Source: an uncultured Candidatus Saccharibacteria bacterium (GTDB taxonomy: Bacteria > Patescibacteriota > Doudnabacteria > UBA920). Taken from it: DNA of 64,000 bases. This document shows positions 9,309-19,178 of this stretch, piece after piece; the stretch's first letter is position 1; every line of letters starts with the position of its first letter. A program made the translations under genes and the position numbers. Location: contig CAYYWQ010000001.1 of the NCBI GenBank assembly GCA_964474825.1, positions 485,609-549,608 of the forward strand. The letters run 5' to 3'. The notes beneath the pieces were generated by a model that saw nothing but the letters and a program-made list of their open reading frames with translations, made no database searches and had not been told where the DNA came from.

Positions 9309-10385
9309 CTATTTTAACTGGCCCGCAATTAAGTTTAAGTTCATTTGGGTTTTGCCGCGCGCTATTTTAACTTCGACTACTTCCCCGGGCTTTATGCTTT
9401 GAGAAAGGCTTTCTAAAGAATCATTTTCGTTTAGGTCTTTTTGATTCCAGGACTGAATAATGTCCCCTGCTTGTAGACCTGCTTTTTGCGCGGGGCTGCC
9501 GGGCTGGACAGAAATAACCTTTGCTCCCTGCGGTTCGGCAAGGACCCGGTTTTCTGCCTGGCTAATGATTCTGTACGAAAAGCCAAATTGCGGCCTTAAT
9601 ATTTGTCCGTGGTTATTTACATAATTATTAATAAGGTCCCTTATTACATCACTTGAAATTATTTTGCCGCTGTCCCATAAGCCTAAAACATTCCCGTCGC
9701 TGTCTGCCACTGCTGCTCCCGCGGGTAAATTGGGTCCAAAAGCCACCTTAAAAGTTCGGCCGGGGTAGTCGGAATTTTTAACTTCTAAATTATTGTCCTG
9801 GCTGAGGCTCAAAATTTCGGTTTGGACTGTTCCTGAAAAATTTTGCAACCCGGGTTCTACAAAAACTAAATATTTCCCCGCGGCTGCGTCTTTGGAACTT
9901 GCCAAATTTGCAGTAGCAATATTCTGCGCGTTGGTTTTTAAAATAACCAACTCGGTGGCAGAATCGGGAATAATGGCAGTTACCTGCACAATGGTGCCGT
10001 CGTCTAATTTAATCAAAAGATCGGCCATTTTTTGGTTGGCTATAGCGGATTTAATTGTTACAAAAGCCCCGTCCGCTGTTAAATTTAAAGTGCTACCTAG
10101 AGGCAAAATTTGTTGCCCGCTTTTGCTTACTACCAAACTTAGCTTGGGACGCAGAAGGTCCAGAGCACGCCTTGGATCAGAGGGGTCGGTTACGCGAATT
10201 TCTTCGCGGTTGTTAATAACTATTGGTGCCATGGGACTAACCAGTTTCCAGCGGTTAAGCAAAGGCCAAGTTGAAACTTTAACCGCCAACCAGCGCCCAA
10301 ACAGTAAATTTACCACCAATGAAAAAAATACAGAGGCAATAATTATCCACGCTATGGATTTTTTAGTGGGAGATGTACCAGGCAT
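9309..10385 (-). CDS. HtrA/S1C-like membrane protein with PDZ domain, protease site degenerate
   Basis: N-terminal TM; C-terminal PDZ (VQPGSPAQKAGLQAGDII); no TNxH or GNSGG motif. Confidence 0.75.
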   Translation of the reverse strand: MPGTSPTKKSIAWIIIASVFFSLVVNLLFGRWLAVKVSTWPLLNRWKLVSPMAPIVINNREEIRVTDPSDPRRALDLLRPKLSLVVSKSGQQILPLGSTLNLTADGAFVTIKSAIANQKMADLLIKLDDGTIVQVTAIIPDSATELVILKTNAQNIATANLASSKDAAAGKYLVFVEPGLQNFSGTVQTEILSLSQDNNLEVKNSDYPGRTFKVAFGPNLPAGAAVADSDGNVLGLWDSGKIISSDVIRDLINNYVNNHGQILRPQFGFSYRIISQAENRVLAEPQGAKVISVQPGSPAQKAGLQAGDIIQSWNQKDLNENDSLESLSQSIKPGEVVEVKIARGKTQMNLNLIAGQLK

Positions 10386-10386
10386 A

Positions 10387-11190
10387 TTATTGAATTGCTT
10401 TCCATGGCGTGGCAACAATTACAATTGCGCAGGCCAACACTATTAACATTAAATGAAACTGAATTTTCTTTAGAGTCAAACTATGGAATAAATAGTAATA
10501 ATTAAGAATAAGACAAAAATAATAAATACAAAACAGAATAAAAGCGCTGGCCGAATAATGCGGAGGCAAAAAACTTAACGCCCAAAATAGCTCGCAACAA
10601 AACAAGGCTAAGACCGTGGCGGCGACCCATTTGGTTTTTTCTCCCTGAGGAATAAATTCATAGAAACAGCGTGTGGTTAAAAGGGTTGAAACAAAAATTC
10701 CCAACAAATAAATCGGCTCCATGGAAAATTGCCAGTTGAGCAGTTGCCAGTGCCCCAGTTTAAAAACAATGTCGCGATACAAAGGGAAGTCCTGGTTATA
10801 GCCGGTTAAAGCAATAAAAAAACCAAAACTTATAACTAAGGTTTCGTTAACCAGAATATTTTCGGCAAAGTTTCCAAGACTTAACTCCACTAAAGTAATG
10901 ACAAAAAAAGTTACTATCAAAAATAGGACTCTTAAAGTTGGAGTAGGCAGGAGGCTTAAAATTCCAAAGCCGCTAATAAACAGCAAGAGCGGTCTTAACA
11001 TTACCCAAAAATTATATTTCCCTATTTCCAGGAGATATTTTTTATTGTAGTAACTGGCCGCCACACAAAATACCACAAATGCGGGTATTAAAAAACGAAA
11101 AACGGTGTCCGGGCCGGACATTCGCCAAAAGCCAATCGTATAAATTGAGGCAATAATTACTGAGGCAATTTTATGATATTTTTTCACCAT
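10387..11190 (-). CDS. Polytopic membrane protein (DUF5656-like)
   Basis: Multiple TM helices; ELFWALSFLP motif. Confidence 0.6.
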   Translation of the reverse strand: MVKKYHKIASVIIASIYTIGFWRMSGPDTVFRFLIPAFVVFCVAASYYNKKYLLEIGKYNFWVMLRPLLLFISGFGILSLLPTPTLRVLFLIVTFFVITLVELSLGNFAENILVNETLVISFGFFIALTGYNQDFPLYRDIVFKLGHWQLLNWQFSMEPIYLLGIFVSTLLTTRCFYEFIPQGEKTKWVAATVLALFCCELFWALSFLPPHYSASAFILFCIYYFCLILNYYYLFHSLTLKKIQFHLMLIVLACAIVIVATPWKAIQ

Positions 11191-12028
11191 GCCGCGAATA
11201 AAAAATAAGGGATGCGGCGCTAAGAATAATTAAAGCCAAACTAACAATAGCATTAAGCCGCAAACTGAAAATAAATGTGCTGTCAATTCTTAAGAATTCC
11301 AAGCCACATCTTAACGCATTATACAATAAAAGATAGAGAAAAACAACCTTCCCAGGACGCCGGGATTTACCTAAATTTAGCAGGAAACATACGATTAAAA
11401 TATTGCCCAAAGCTTCGTATAAGAAAAACGGATGAAAAAAATTATTGTTAACAAATTGCTCGGGCCGAAAGGACTGGGGAACAAACATTTTCCACGGTAA
11501 ATTGGTCGGGTACCCAAAAGCTTCATAGTTAAACAGGTTACCAAAGCGGCCAATAATTTGGCCTAAGACTACGGAGGGGGCAAGCCAGTCCAAAATAGCG
11601 AATATTGAATAGCGAATAGGTAATAGTTTCTTTAAAATCATCAGCGATATTATTCCACCCAGCACTGCGCCGTAGATTGAGAGTCCCCCATTCCAAACTT
11701 TTAGAATATCAACCGGGTGGAGCCAATAATAATTAAACGATGACAAGACGTGGTAAATTCTAGCGCCAACCAATCCGCCAATAATTACCCAAAACATTAA
11801 ATCTTCAGCCTGCTCTTTATCAATCTGATATTTTACCGCGCGGCCCAAACCCAAATAAAAAGCACTGGTAACAGCCAGAGCTAAAATTAAACCATAATAG
11901 TGGATTGTGAGCGATCCTATAGCAAAAGATTGTGGCAAAATTAAATTACCCAAAAATACTTGGCGTAAAAATAGCCACAAAAGCATTAAAAAAACTATCA
12001 CTGCAAATGAAACTAGTGACTTCTTCAT
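11171..12028 (-). CDS. lgt: Prolipoprotein diacylglyceryl transferase
   Basis: IHYYG; GARIYHV; WNGGLSIYGAVLGG; GRFGNLFNYE; HPFFLYE; EFLR. Confidence 0.95.
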   Translation of the reverse strand: MKKSLVSFAVIVFLMLLWLFLRQVFLGNLILPQSFAIGSLTIHYYGLILALAVTSAFYLGLGRAVKYQIDKEQAEDLMFWVIIGGLVGARIYHVLSSFNYYWLHPVDILKVWNGGLSIYGAVLGGIISLMILKKLLPIRYSIFAILDWLAPSVVLGQIIGRFGNLFNYEAFGYPTNLPWKMFVPQSFRPEQFVNNNFFHPFFLYEALGNILIVCFLLNLGKSRRPGKVVFLYLLLYNALRCGLEFLRIDSTFIFSLRLNAIVSLALIILSAASLIFYSRHGEKIS

Positions 12029-12057
12029 ACTAAATACATTATACAAGATTCGAGATA

Positions 12058-12636
12058 CTAAAAAAGGGCAGCCTGGTGCATTACCCCTACCCTTGGCTGG
12101 GGCAAAGAAATTTTTAACGGAATTTCTTTTGTCTTAAAAAAATCTTTATAAAGCAGCTTCCCGTTCTTTAAGGCGTAGTCGTAAACCTGCTTGGTAATTT
12201 TTACGTCGTCCAGGCAGTATTTTTTCAGTAAATCCATTCGACCGTTTTGGTAATACAGCAGAGCTTCCAAACCGCTGCCGGACTTTCCCGTTCCTAAGGT
12301 TCCCTGTGCGACTGACTCTAATTTTATGCGGTGATGCAAAACCTTTTCTATTTCTTCCAGCAAATCTAAATAAGGGACCTGGAAAATGTCAAAGTTTAAA
12401 TAAGGCTGAATAACCTGAAAATCAAAATCTTTTATGTTGTAACCTATTATTTGGTCAGCGGTTTGCAAAATTGGAGCAAGTTTAGCTAATTCATTTTCTT
12501 CAAATGAATGGTATTTGCCGTTAGAATAATCGTAAATGCAACAAACACTAACTTTAAGCAAATGATTTTTCCCTCTACCACCAACTTGTTGGAATGATTT
12601 CTGTGTTTCTAAATCTAAAACAATCTTTTTAAGCAT
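12058..12636 (-). CDS. Ribonuclease H-like (DEDD/YprB-type) domain protein
   Basis: VLDLETQ; GYNIKDFD; YCLDDV. Confidence 0.8.
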   Translation of the reverse strand: MLKKIVLDLETQKSFQQVGGRGKNHLLKVSVCCIYDYSNGKYHSFEENELAKLAPILQTADQIIGYNIKDFDFQVIQPYLNFDIFQVPYLDLLEEIEKVLHHRIKLESVAQGTLGTGKSGSGLEALLYYQNGRMDLLKKYCLDDVKITKQVYDYALKNGKLLYKDFFKTKEIPLKISLPQPRVGVMHQAALF

Positions 12637-12806
12637 TTTTAGTTTCTATTTCTTTAACTTTTTTAAGCGACTTAACAAGTATATAAAATTTTTTAAAAAA
12701 ATACAAAAAACGAAGCCGTTGGTTACGACCTCGTTTCATGTTTTTGCTTTTATTTGAAGAATGATTGCGCCCCCGGTTGTCCGGGGGTTATCCTGCCAGA
12801 TCAGGA

Positions 12807-13511
12807 CTAACGAATGTGCGGTGCTCCCCGATGCACGGGCGGCACCATGTGCTGGTTGTGGAGCGCAGCCGGTCCCGGTAGGATAGACATTGGCTGCGGA
12901 GCGGGGCTTGCGATTGTGGGCTGCGTCGGCTTTTGCGTTTCCAACCACCCAAAAACCGCCATACGTTGCTGCGGAGTCAGTCCCGGCAGAATGGCCGGGC
13001 TGTTGTTTTGGTCGACCGTATACTGCGGCTCTTCGCAGGTGCCGTAGATGCTGCAAACGAGAGGAGGTCTCTCATTTTGCAACCGAACGGGCTCCCCTGA
13101 ACCGAGTGCGGATGCGCGTGAACCAATTCTACTGATCGGAGCCGGGGGGTAGTAATCGCCGCCGATCGGCGAGCCCAGGTTGCGTCCGCCGATGATATCG
13201 GACGGGTTATACTGCCGCGAAAGTGGCGACGGTGGGTAGAATTCGACGTCTCCCCCGACCAACTCAAGCGAACGAGCGATTGGCGCCGGCGTGTTGAAAA
13301 TCGACGCACGCGGTACCGACGTGGCTGGCGTGGGCTGCGCAATAAAGGCCCACAGGTCAACTCGTATGGTCGAGGTCGGATTCGAGGAGGGCTGAGCCTC
13401 CTGAACGACCACGATAATTACCGGTGTGGGTGAACGCGCGTTATATGCGTCCCCCACCTGCGAAAACGCCGCCAACGGCAGCAGCGACAAAAGCATAAGC
13501 GGCCTTGTCAT
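12807..13511 (-). CDS. GC-rich Pro-rich secreted hypothetical protein
   Basis: AGGAG RBS; signal peptide MTRPLMLLSLLPLAAFS; GC clearly above flanks. Confidence 0.6.
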   Translation of the reverse strand: MTRPLMLLSLLPLAAFSQVGDAYNARSPTPVIIVVVQEAQPSSNPTSTIRVDLWAFIAQPTPATSVPRASIFNTPAPIARSLELVGGDVEFYPPSPLSRQYNPSDIIGGRNLGSPIGGDYYPPAPISRIGSRASALGSGEPVRLQNERPPLVCSIYGTCEEPQYTVDQNNSPAILPGLTPQQRMAVFGWLETQKPTQPTIASPAPQPMSILPGPAALHNQHMVPPVHRGAPHIR

Positions 13512-13704
13512 TCTTTCTTACTCCTCTTCTCAGATTCTCCGAATTTCTCCAGAGTTAACCAATCTTACCAAAATTTGGCAAAAATAGGCAAATTTGTTAC
13601 AATTCAGGCATAATATTAATTATCCTGCCGATTGTTTATCGGAGTAGGATTATCTCCTGAGGCGTCTTGTTAGGCGCTTAAAGTTCATGGGAGAGAAAGA
13701 AAAT

Positions 13705-15495
13705 ATGCAAAGAACACTTTCTTTAGAAACCCCGCAAAAAATTGGCCAAAAAGTTAGTTTGGCCGGCTGGGTTAACTCACGGCGCGACCATGGCGGCGTG
13801 ATTTTTATTGACCTCCGCGACCAAAGCGGTTTAGTACAGCTTTCCGTCCACCCCGAAAGCAAAGAGGCTTTTGCGGCCGCCAGTAAATGCCGAGACGAAT
13901 TTGTTATTAAAATTGAAGGCGAAGTTCTGGAGCGCTCCGCGGAAACAAAAAATCCCAACTTACCAACTGGTAGTGTGGAAGTTTTAACAGCATCAATAAC
14001 CATCTTAAATACAGCAAAGCCACTTCCCTTTCAAGTCGCCCACGGCCACGGAGAAGAAACAGAAATTGGCGAAGATGTTCGCTTAAAATATCGCTTCTTA
14101 GATTTACGCCGCGAAAAAATGCAGACCATGCTGCAAAAAAGACACCAGATGATCCAGAGCATTCACCGCTACATGACAGACCATGGTTTTATAGAAGTCA
14201 CAACGCCAATTTTAACTTCTTCTTCCCCGGAAGGCGCTCGCGACTTCTTGGTTCCCTCCCGTCTCCACCCAGGTAAATTTTACGCGTTACCCCAAGCGCC
14301 ACAACAATTTAAACAACTGTTAATGGTTGGTGGCATTCCTAAGTATTACCAAATAGCACCATGCTTCCGCGACGAAGACCCACGGGCAGACAGAAGCCCT
14401 GGCGAGTTTTACCAATTAGATTTGGAAATTGCCTTTGCTGACAAAGACGAAATAGTCTTTAACGAAATGGAGCCGTTGTTTGTTGAACTGACGGAAAAAT
14501 TTGCGCAAAAAAAGGTTTTACAAAAACCATTCCCAAGAATCCCCTATTTGGAAGCCATGGAGCTTTACGGATCTGACAAACCGGACCTGCGTTTTGAAAT
14601 GAAAATGGTGGACCTAACTTCTGACCTTACCGAGACTAAGTTCAGCGTATTTGGAAATGCAATTAAAGGCGGCGGAGTTATAAAAGCCATTTGCTGCCAA
14701 GGCGGCGCTAAGCTTTCTCGATCGCAAATCGATGAATTAACGGAAATGGTCAAAAAAGAAGGCGCTGGGGGCTTGGCTTATATTGTGCTGGATGAAAAAG
14801 AAATGCGCTCGCCAATTTTGAAATTCTTGTCCGATGATGAGAAAAAATCTATTGTTGATAAAACAAAAGCACAAACTGGGGATATTATATTTTTTGGCGC
14901 GGACAATAAAAAAATTGTAAACAAAGTCTTAGGCAAACTGCGTGACAAACTTGGCGACATTTTTGGACTTAAAGACCCTAACATTATTGCCTGGGCGTGG
15001 ATAACAGACTTCCCTATGTTTGAATGGTCAGACACAGAAAAGCGATGGGACTTTATGCATAACCCCTTTAGCATGCCACAAGGCGGCTTAGAATCTCTAG
15101 AAACCCAAAAGCCGGACGAAGTGCGCGCGTACCAATATGACATTATTGCAAACGGACTGGAGCTTTCTTCCGGAGCAATTAGAAACTACAAGCCTGAAAT
15201 AATGTATAAGGCGTTTGAAATTTGCGGCTACAGTAAAGAAACAGTGGAAGAAAAATTTGGCGGCATGATCCGCGCCTTTGAATTTGGAGCCCCTCCCCAC
15301 GGCGGCTTTGCCCCAGGTATAGACAGAATGCTTATGCTCTTCCAAAACGAACCAAACATTCGCGAAGTCATTGCCTTCCCCAAAAACGGCAGCGCTGAAG
15401 ACGTTATGATGTCCGCCCCGGGCACGGTGGACGAAAAACAGCTTAAGGAACTACATATTAAGTTAGACTTACCAAAACAAAGCAAAAATGTTTAA
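13705..15495 (+). CDS. aspS: Aspartate--tRNA ligase (His in RDHGG suggests non-discriminating type)
   Basis: RRDHGGVIFIDLRD; PEGARDFLVPSR; CFRDED; GAPPHGGFAPGIDR. Confidence 0.97.
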   Translation: MQRTLSLETPQKIGQKVSLAGWVNSRRDHGGVIFIDLRDQSGLVQLSVHPESKEAFAAASKCRDEFVIKIEGEVLERSAETKNPNLPTGSVEVLTASITILNTAKPLPFQVAHGHGEETEIGEDVRLKYRFLDLRREKMQTMLQKRHQMIQSIHRYMTDHGFIEVTTPILTSSSPEGARDFLVPSRLHPGKFYALPQAPQQFKQLLMVGGIPKYYQIAPCFRDEDPRADRSPGEFYQLDLEIAFADKDEIVFNEMEPLFVELTEKFAQKKVLQKPFPRIPYLEAMELYGSDKPDLRFEMKMVDLTSDLTETKFSVFGNAIKGGGVIKAICCQGGAKLSRSQIDELTEMVKKEGAGGLAYIVLDEKEMRSPILKFLSDDEKKSIVDKTKAQTGDIIFFGADNKKIVNKVLGKLRDKLGDIFGLKDPNIIAWAWITDFPMFEWSDTEKRWDFMHNPFSMPQGGLESLETQKPDEVRAYQYDIIANGLELSSGAIRNYKPEIMYKAFEICGYSKETVEEKFGGMIRAFEFGAPPHGGFAPGIDRMLMLFQNEPNIREVIAFPKNGSAEDVMMSAPGTVDEKQLKELHIKLDLPKQSKNV

Positions 15496-15799
15496 GCGCA
15501 ACAAACCTTCATCGATAGAATTTTCGCCAGATTTAGAAAATCCTGAAACTTTGAGCAATGACGATCTGCTGATCCGGTACCAAATGAGCGGCATTAGATA
15601 CATAGAAAAAATGGGTGACATCTGGGCAACCCGGGTAAAAATAGAGTCTGGCTTATTTTTGTCACAAACTATTGAGAAGTCCAAAAAGGAATTAGACGCA
15701 CAGCAGAATGACTTAATTGCTCTTTTTAAAAAAATAAAACAGCTAGAAGAAATTTTAACTAAGAGAGGTATAAAAATAAAAAAAATAGAGGAAATTTAA
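15488..15799 (+). CDS. Hypothetical coiled-coil protein
   Basis: ORF overlapping aspS stop, same strand. Confidence 0.55.
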   Translation: MFKRNKPSSIEFSPDLENPETLSNDDLLIRYQMSGIRYIEKMGDIWATRVKIESGLFLSQTIEKSKKELDAQQNDLIALFKKIKQLEEILTKRGIKIKKIEEI

Positions 15800-15811
15800 T
15801 TTGTGAAAACA

Positions 15812-16330
15812 ATGAAAAAAATATCTAAATCAAAAAAACCCTTGCCGAAAAAGCTAATTAAAAAACTAGAGAATAAGGTCACCAAACTTTTAGACCAAGC
15901 GAAAATTAGGTACAAGACTTTGAAACACAAGGTCGTCTTTACTGCGCACGACGTTGGCGCAACCACAAAAAAGAAACTTGGCGAAATTGCCAAGGTGGTT
16001 TTAGTTAAGGCTGACAAAGACTTTGTGCTCATAGTTTTGCCTGCCGGAAAATATGTAGATTTTTCTGGTATTAAAAAAGTACTTAAGGCCAAAAAGGTTT
16101 CCATGGCTTCTGAAAAAGATATTGAAAAATATTTAAAAACCAAAGTTGGCTTGCTACACCCGTTTGGCTCGGAATACAATCTACAAACTCTATTAGATAA
16201 AGGAATGTCGCGCAGTAAAAAAATGATAGCCAGTGCCGGAACTTTTACAGACAGCGTTGAAATTGCCTTAAAAGATTTTGAAAAACTGATTAAGCCAATT
16301 AAGGGTGTCTTTTCCAAAGCAAAAAAATAA
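15812..16330 (+). CDS. YbaK/EbsC-family aminoacyl-tRNA deacylase-like protein
   Basis: H..VFTAHD..IAKVVLVK..VLPA..ASEKD..GLLHPFG. Confidence 0.8.
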   Translation: MKKISKSKKPLPKKLIKKLENKVTKLLDQAKIRYKTLKHKVVFTAHDVGATTKKKLGEIAKVVLVKADKDFVLIVLPAGKYVDFSGIKKVLKAKKVSMASEKDIEKYLKTKVGLLHPFGSEYNLQTLLDKGMSRSKKMIASAGTFTDSVEIALKDFEKLIKPIKGVFSKAKK

Positions 16331-17061
16331 TGCTGCATGCTAAAGTAAAACAATTCGAAGGACCTTTGGACCTGCTGCTTAACCTTATTGAGGACAGGCA
16401 GTTAGACATTACCCAAATAGCGATTGCTGAAGTTACGGAACAGTTTTTGCAGTACATAAAACAGCTACAAAGCATAGACCCAACTGTTCTGGCTGACTAT
16501 TTATCAATCGCAGCAAAACTGCTTGTTATAAAATCCAAAGCCATTTTGCCAACTTTGGAAATAGAGACTGAAGAAGAAGACGCGGGGTATGATTTGGAAA
16601 GCAGGCTACTGCTTTATAAGCAATTTAAGGAAGCGGCTAAGTATTTTAAGACTTTAGACAATCATAGGAAACAATCTTTCTTGCGCACAGTAACTTTTGA
16701 GCAAAGAGTAAACTTTTATCCTGACCCGATTATTACCCCAGATGTGCTGCACAAGGCGGTCTTGGTAATTTTAAATGGCTTAAAAGAACTGGATTCTCTG
16801 CCTAAAGCCAAGCTTAAGGAAGCGGTTTCCATTCAGGAAAAAATTGACCAGCTGCGCAACCACTTAGAAGCCCAAGTAGAAACCAAACTAAGCGAACTGC
16901 TAAAAACCGCAAAAAATAAAAGTGAAATTATTATTACTTTTTTAGCCTTACTGGAATTAATAAAGCAAAAAGTTTTAACAGTAAACCAGGAAATGATGTT
17001 TGCTGACATTAACATAAAAAAATACCAGCCACCATCGGCTACCCCGGAGGTTGTAGAATGA
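16330..17061 (+). CDS. scpA: Segregation/condensation protein A
   Basis: FEGPLDLLLNLI; KSKAILP; FLALLELIK. Confidence 0.95.
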   Translation: MLHAKVKQFEGPLDLLLNLIEDRQLDITQIAIAEVTEQFLQYIKQLQSIDPTVLADYLSIAAKLLVIKSKAILPTLEIETEEEDAGYDLESRLLLYKQFKEAAKYFKTLDNHRKQSFLRTVTFEQRVNFYPDPIITPDVLHKAVLVILNGLKELDSLPKAKLKEAVSIQEKIDQLRNHLEAQVETKLSELLKTAKNKSEIIITFLALLELIKQKVLTVNQEMMFADINIKKYQPPSATPEVVE

Positions 17062-17294
17062 ACAGAACAACCATTGGCCTTTTATTTATTTTAGCGGGAA
17101 TTATTTACGGCTCAACAACGATAGATACTGTTTACGACCACACCTTAGGCTGGCTGGTGAAAAACGACTGGATACCGCAAGAAACCGTGCAAAAAGCAGG
17201 ACAGCCCGGCTTTGGGCGCAAACCTACAATTTTATTTTTTAGCTTAGCTTTAATAATTATTGGTCTTTATTTATTATGGAACAGGAACATTTAA
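17058..17294 (+). CDS. Small two-TM membrane protein between scpA and scpB
   Basis: ATGA coupling to scpA; two hydrophobic segments. Confidence 0.6.
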   Translation: MNRTTIGLLFILAGIIYGSTTIDTVYDHTLGWLVKNDWIPQETVQKAGQPGFGRKPTILFFSLALIIIGLYLLWNRNI

Positions 17295-17902
17295 TAAATA
17301 TTATAGAAAGTCTTTTATTTATTGCGGACAAACCCGTTAAAGCCAAGGAGTTGGCTAAATTTTTGGAAGCTGAAGAAAGCTCTGTCCAACAGGCTTTGGA
17401 AAATTTATTAGAACAAAAAAAAGAAAATGGCATTGTACTTCTGGAAAACAACGGTGAATACCAATTAGCCACTGCGCCACAAAATTCCACACAAGTAAAA
17501 AACTTTCTAAACGCTGAGCTCCGGGAAAAATTAACAGACGCCACAGTAGAAGTCTTGGCCATAATTGGCTACAGGCAACCTATTTCCAAGGCGGAAATAG
17601 AAGCCATTAGAGGGGTTAATTCCCAATATAGCTTAAGAGCCCTCCTTATGCGCGGCTTAATTGAAAAGGTTTCTAATCCCAATGATGCCAGAAGTTTCCT
17701 TTACCAAACCACTACGGAATTTTTAATGCATATGGGATTGAATTCAACAAAGGATTTACCGGAGTTTGAAAAACTAGTCAGTCAAATTAAATTACCGGAA
17801 ACGCCTGCCATAATTACGGAAGAAAACCAAAAATCCGCGGAAGAAACTTCAGCGGATCAAACAAAATCGCAAGATAATGCAAACCAAGAAACCAACAGCT
17901 AA
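17276..17902 (+). CDS. scpB: Segregation/condensation protein B
   Basis: IESLLF; EVLAIIGYRQPISKAEIEAIRGVNS; TTEFL..GL..LP. Confidence 0.95.
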   Translation: MEQEHLINIIESLLFIADKPVKAKELAKFLEAEESSVQQALENLLEQKKENGIVLLENNGEYQLATAPQNSTQVKNFLNAELREKLTDATVEVLAIIGYRQPISKAEIEAIRGVNSQYSLRALLMRGLIEKVSNPNDARSFLYQTTTEFLMHMGLNSTKDLPEFEKLVSQIKLPETPAIITEENQKSAEETSADQTKSQDNANQETNS

Positions 17903-18255
17903 CGTTTTCTTGGTTTGTTTTCTAACATTAACTTAAGATTTTCAATAATTACAGTTCGGAATTTTCTCAAATACCTGATTCCTTCATTAATAAATTTACC
18001 ATCGCCACCATTCTTTGAATCACTCGCATCGTTTGCGTCGCCTTTGTACTCCTCCACCAAGCGGTCAATATGATCAACAGCCTCTACCAATTCTTTTTTT
18101 GTTAGCCTGCTTAAAATTTTTTCCGCGTTTAAAAAATTTCCATCAGAAACTTCTTCCGCAACAACGTCCGAAAATTTAAAGGGCGGCTTTTCTGCCCTAG
18201 CTTTTTGCGCAAGCGCTTCCCAACCTCCTTCTGATCCACGTGGTTTTTCCGGCAT
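17899..18255 (-). CDS. Hypothetical charged protein
   Basis: ORF track, 118 aa. Confidence 0.55.
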   Translation of the reverse strand: MPEKPRGSEGGWEALAQKARAEKPPFKFSDVVAEEVSDGNFLNAEKILSRLTKKELVEAVDHIDRLVEEYKGDANDASDSKNGGDGKFINEGIRYLRKFRTVIIENLKLMLENKPRKR

Positions 18256-18267
18256 AAAATATTTTGG

Positions 18268-18390
18268 TTATTTAGGTAACTGGTTATATGAAGCTTCGGG
18301 CGAGGTGGGCCTTTCTTGTCTTAGTTCAACTTTGGCACAGGCCGACGCCAAGAGACTTAATAAAATTAACGAGAATATAAATTTTTTCAT
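18268..18390 (-). CDS. Small lipoprotein (40 aa, not in ORF track)
   Basis: MKKFIFSLILLSLLASACAKVELRQERPTSPEASYNQLPK*; lipobox-like LASAC; starts 4 nt after ROK stop. Confidence 0.6.
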   Translation of the reverse strand: MKKFIFSLILLSLLASACAKVELRQERPTSPEASYNQLPK

Positions 18391-18393
18391 AAA

Positions 18394-19152
18394 TTATTTT
18401 ACCAATAACGCTGCGCCTAAAGCGCCGGCGTTTTTTAGTTGGGAAATTAAAATTTTAGTTTTAAGTTGCGGGTTAAAAATATAATTTTTTATTTCCGTCT
18501 TGGCGGCGGGCAAATACTTTCTGCTTTCATTGTGGCCAAAACCCCCGCCAATAATTACGGCGTCTGGGGCAAAAATATTTATTAACGAAGCCAAAGCCCT
18601 GCCCACTAAACGCCCTGCGTTTTTATAATCTTTTTTGTCACGGAATTTCTTAAAGGAACTCTCAAAAAATTCACCGTCTAATAAAATATGTCCCAACTCT
18701 CCCCCGCTATTGTCCTCCCCGCGGTAAATTTTGCGGTTTATAACAATCCCGCCGCCAATACCCGTACCTAAAGTAAGACACAAAAAATTATTATATTTCT
18801 TACCCTCCCCAATTAAAAGTTCCGCTCTGGTAAAGCAGTTGGAGTCGTTGTCTATTTTCACCTTTATTTTCCCTTGGCCTCCAAAAACTTTTGCCAAAGA
18901 AAGCTGTTTTATGTACTTAATATTTGGTGAATATTTAACTGTTCCGTGTTTTGCATCTACTAATCCGGCTACCCCGGCGCCAATTGCAGTAATTTTCTGA
19001 CCGGCTGACAAAAATGCCACTAACTTTTTTAGATTATGCTGAAATTCAAATAAATTCTTTGGGGTCACAATTGTTAATTCCTTTATGACGTTTTTTCCGT
19101 CAAATAAAATCCCATTTATTTTTGTGCCCCCAATATCCAAGCCAATAATCAT
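18394..19152 (-). CDS. ROK family sugar kinase
   Basis: IGLDIGGT; DNDSNC; LGTGIGGG; GELGH. Confidence 0.9.
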   Translation of the reverse strand: MIIGLDIGGTKINGILFDGKNVIKELTIVTPKNLFEFQHNLKKLVAFLSAGQKITAIGAGVAGLVDAKHGTVKYSPNIKYIKQLSLAKVFGGQGKIKVKIDNDSNCFTRAELLIGEGKKYNNFLCLTLGTGIGGGIVINRKIYRGEDNSGGELGHILLDGEFFESSFKKFRDKKDYKNAGRLVGRALASLINIFAPDAVIIGGGFGHNESRKYLPAAKTEIKNYIFNPQLKTKILISQLKNAGALGAALLVK

Positions 19153-19178
19153 AAAAGTCGATTGTTAATCGTAAATTG

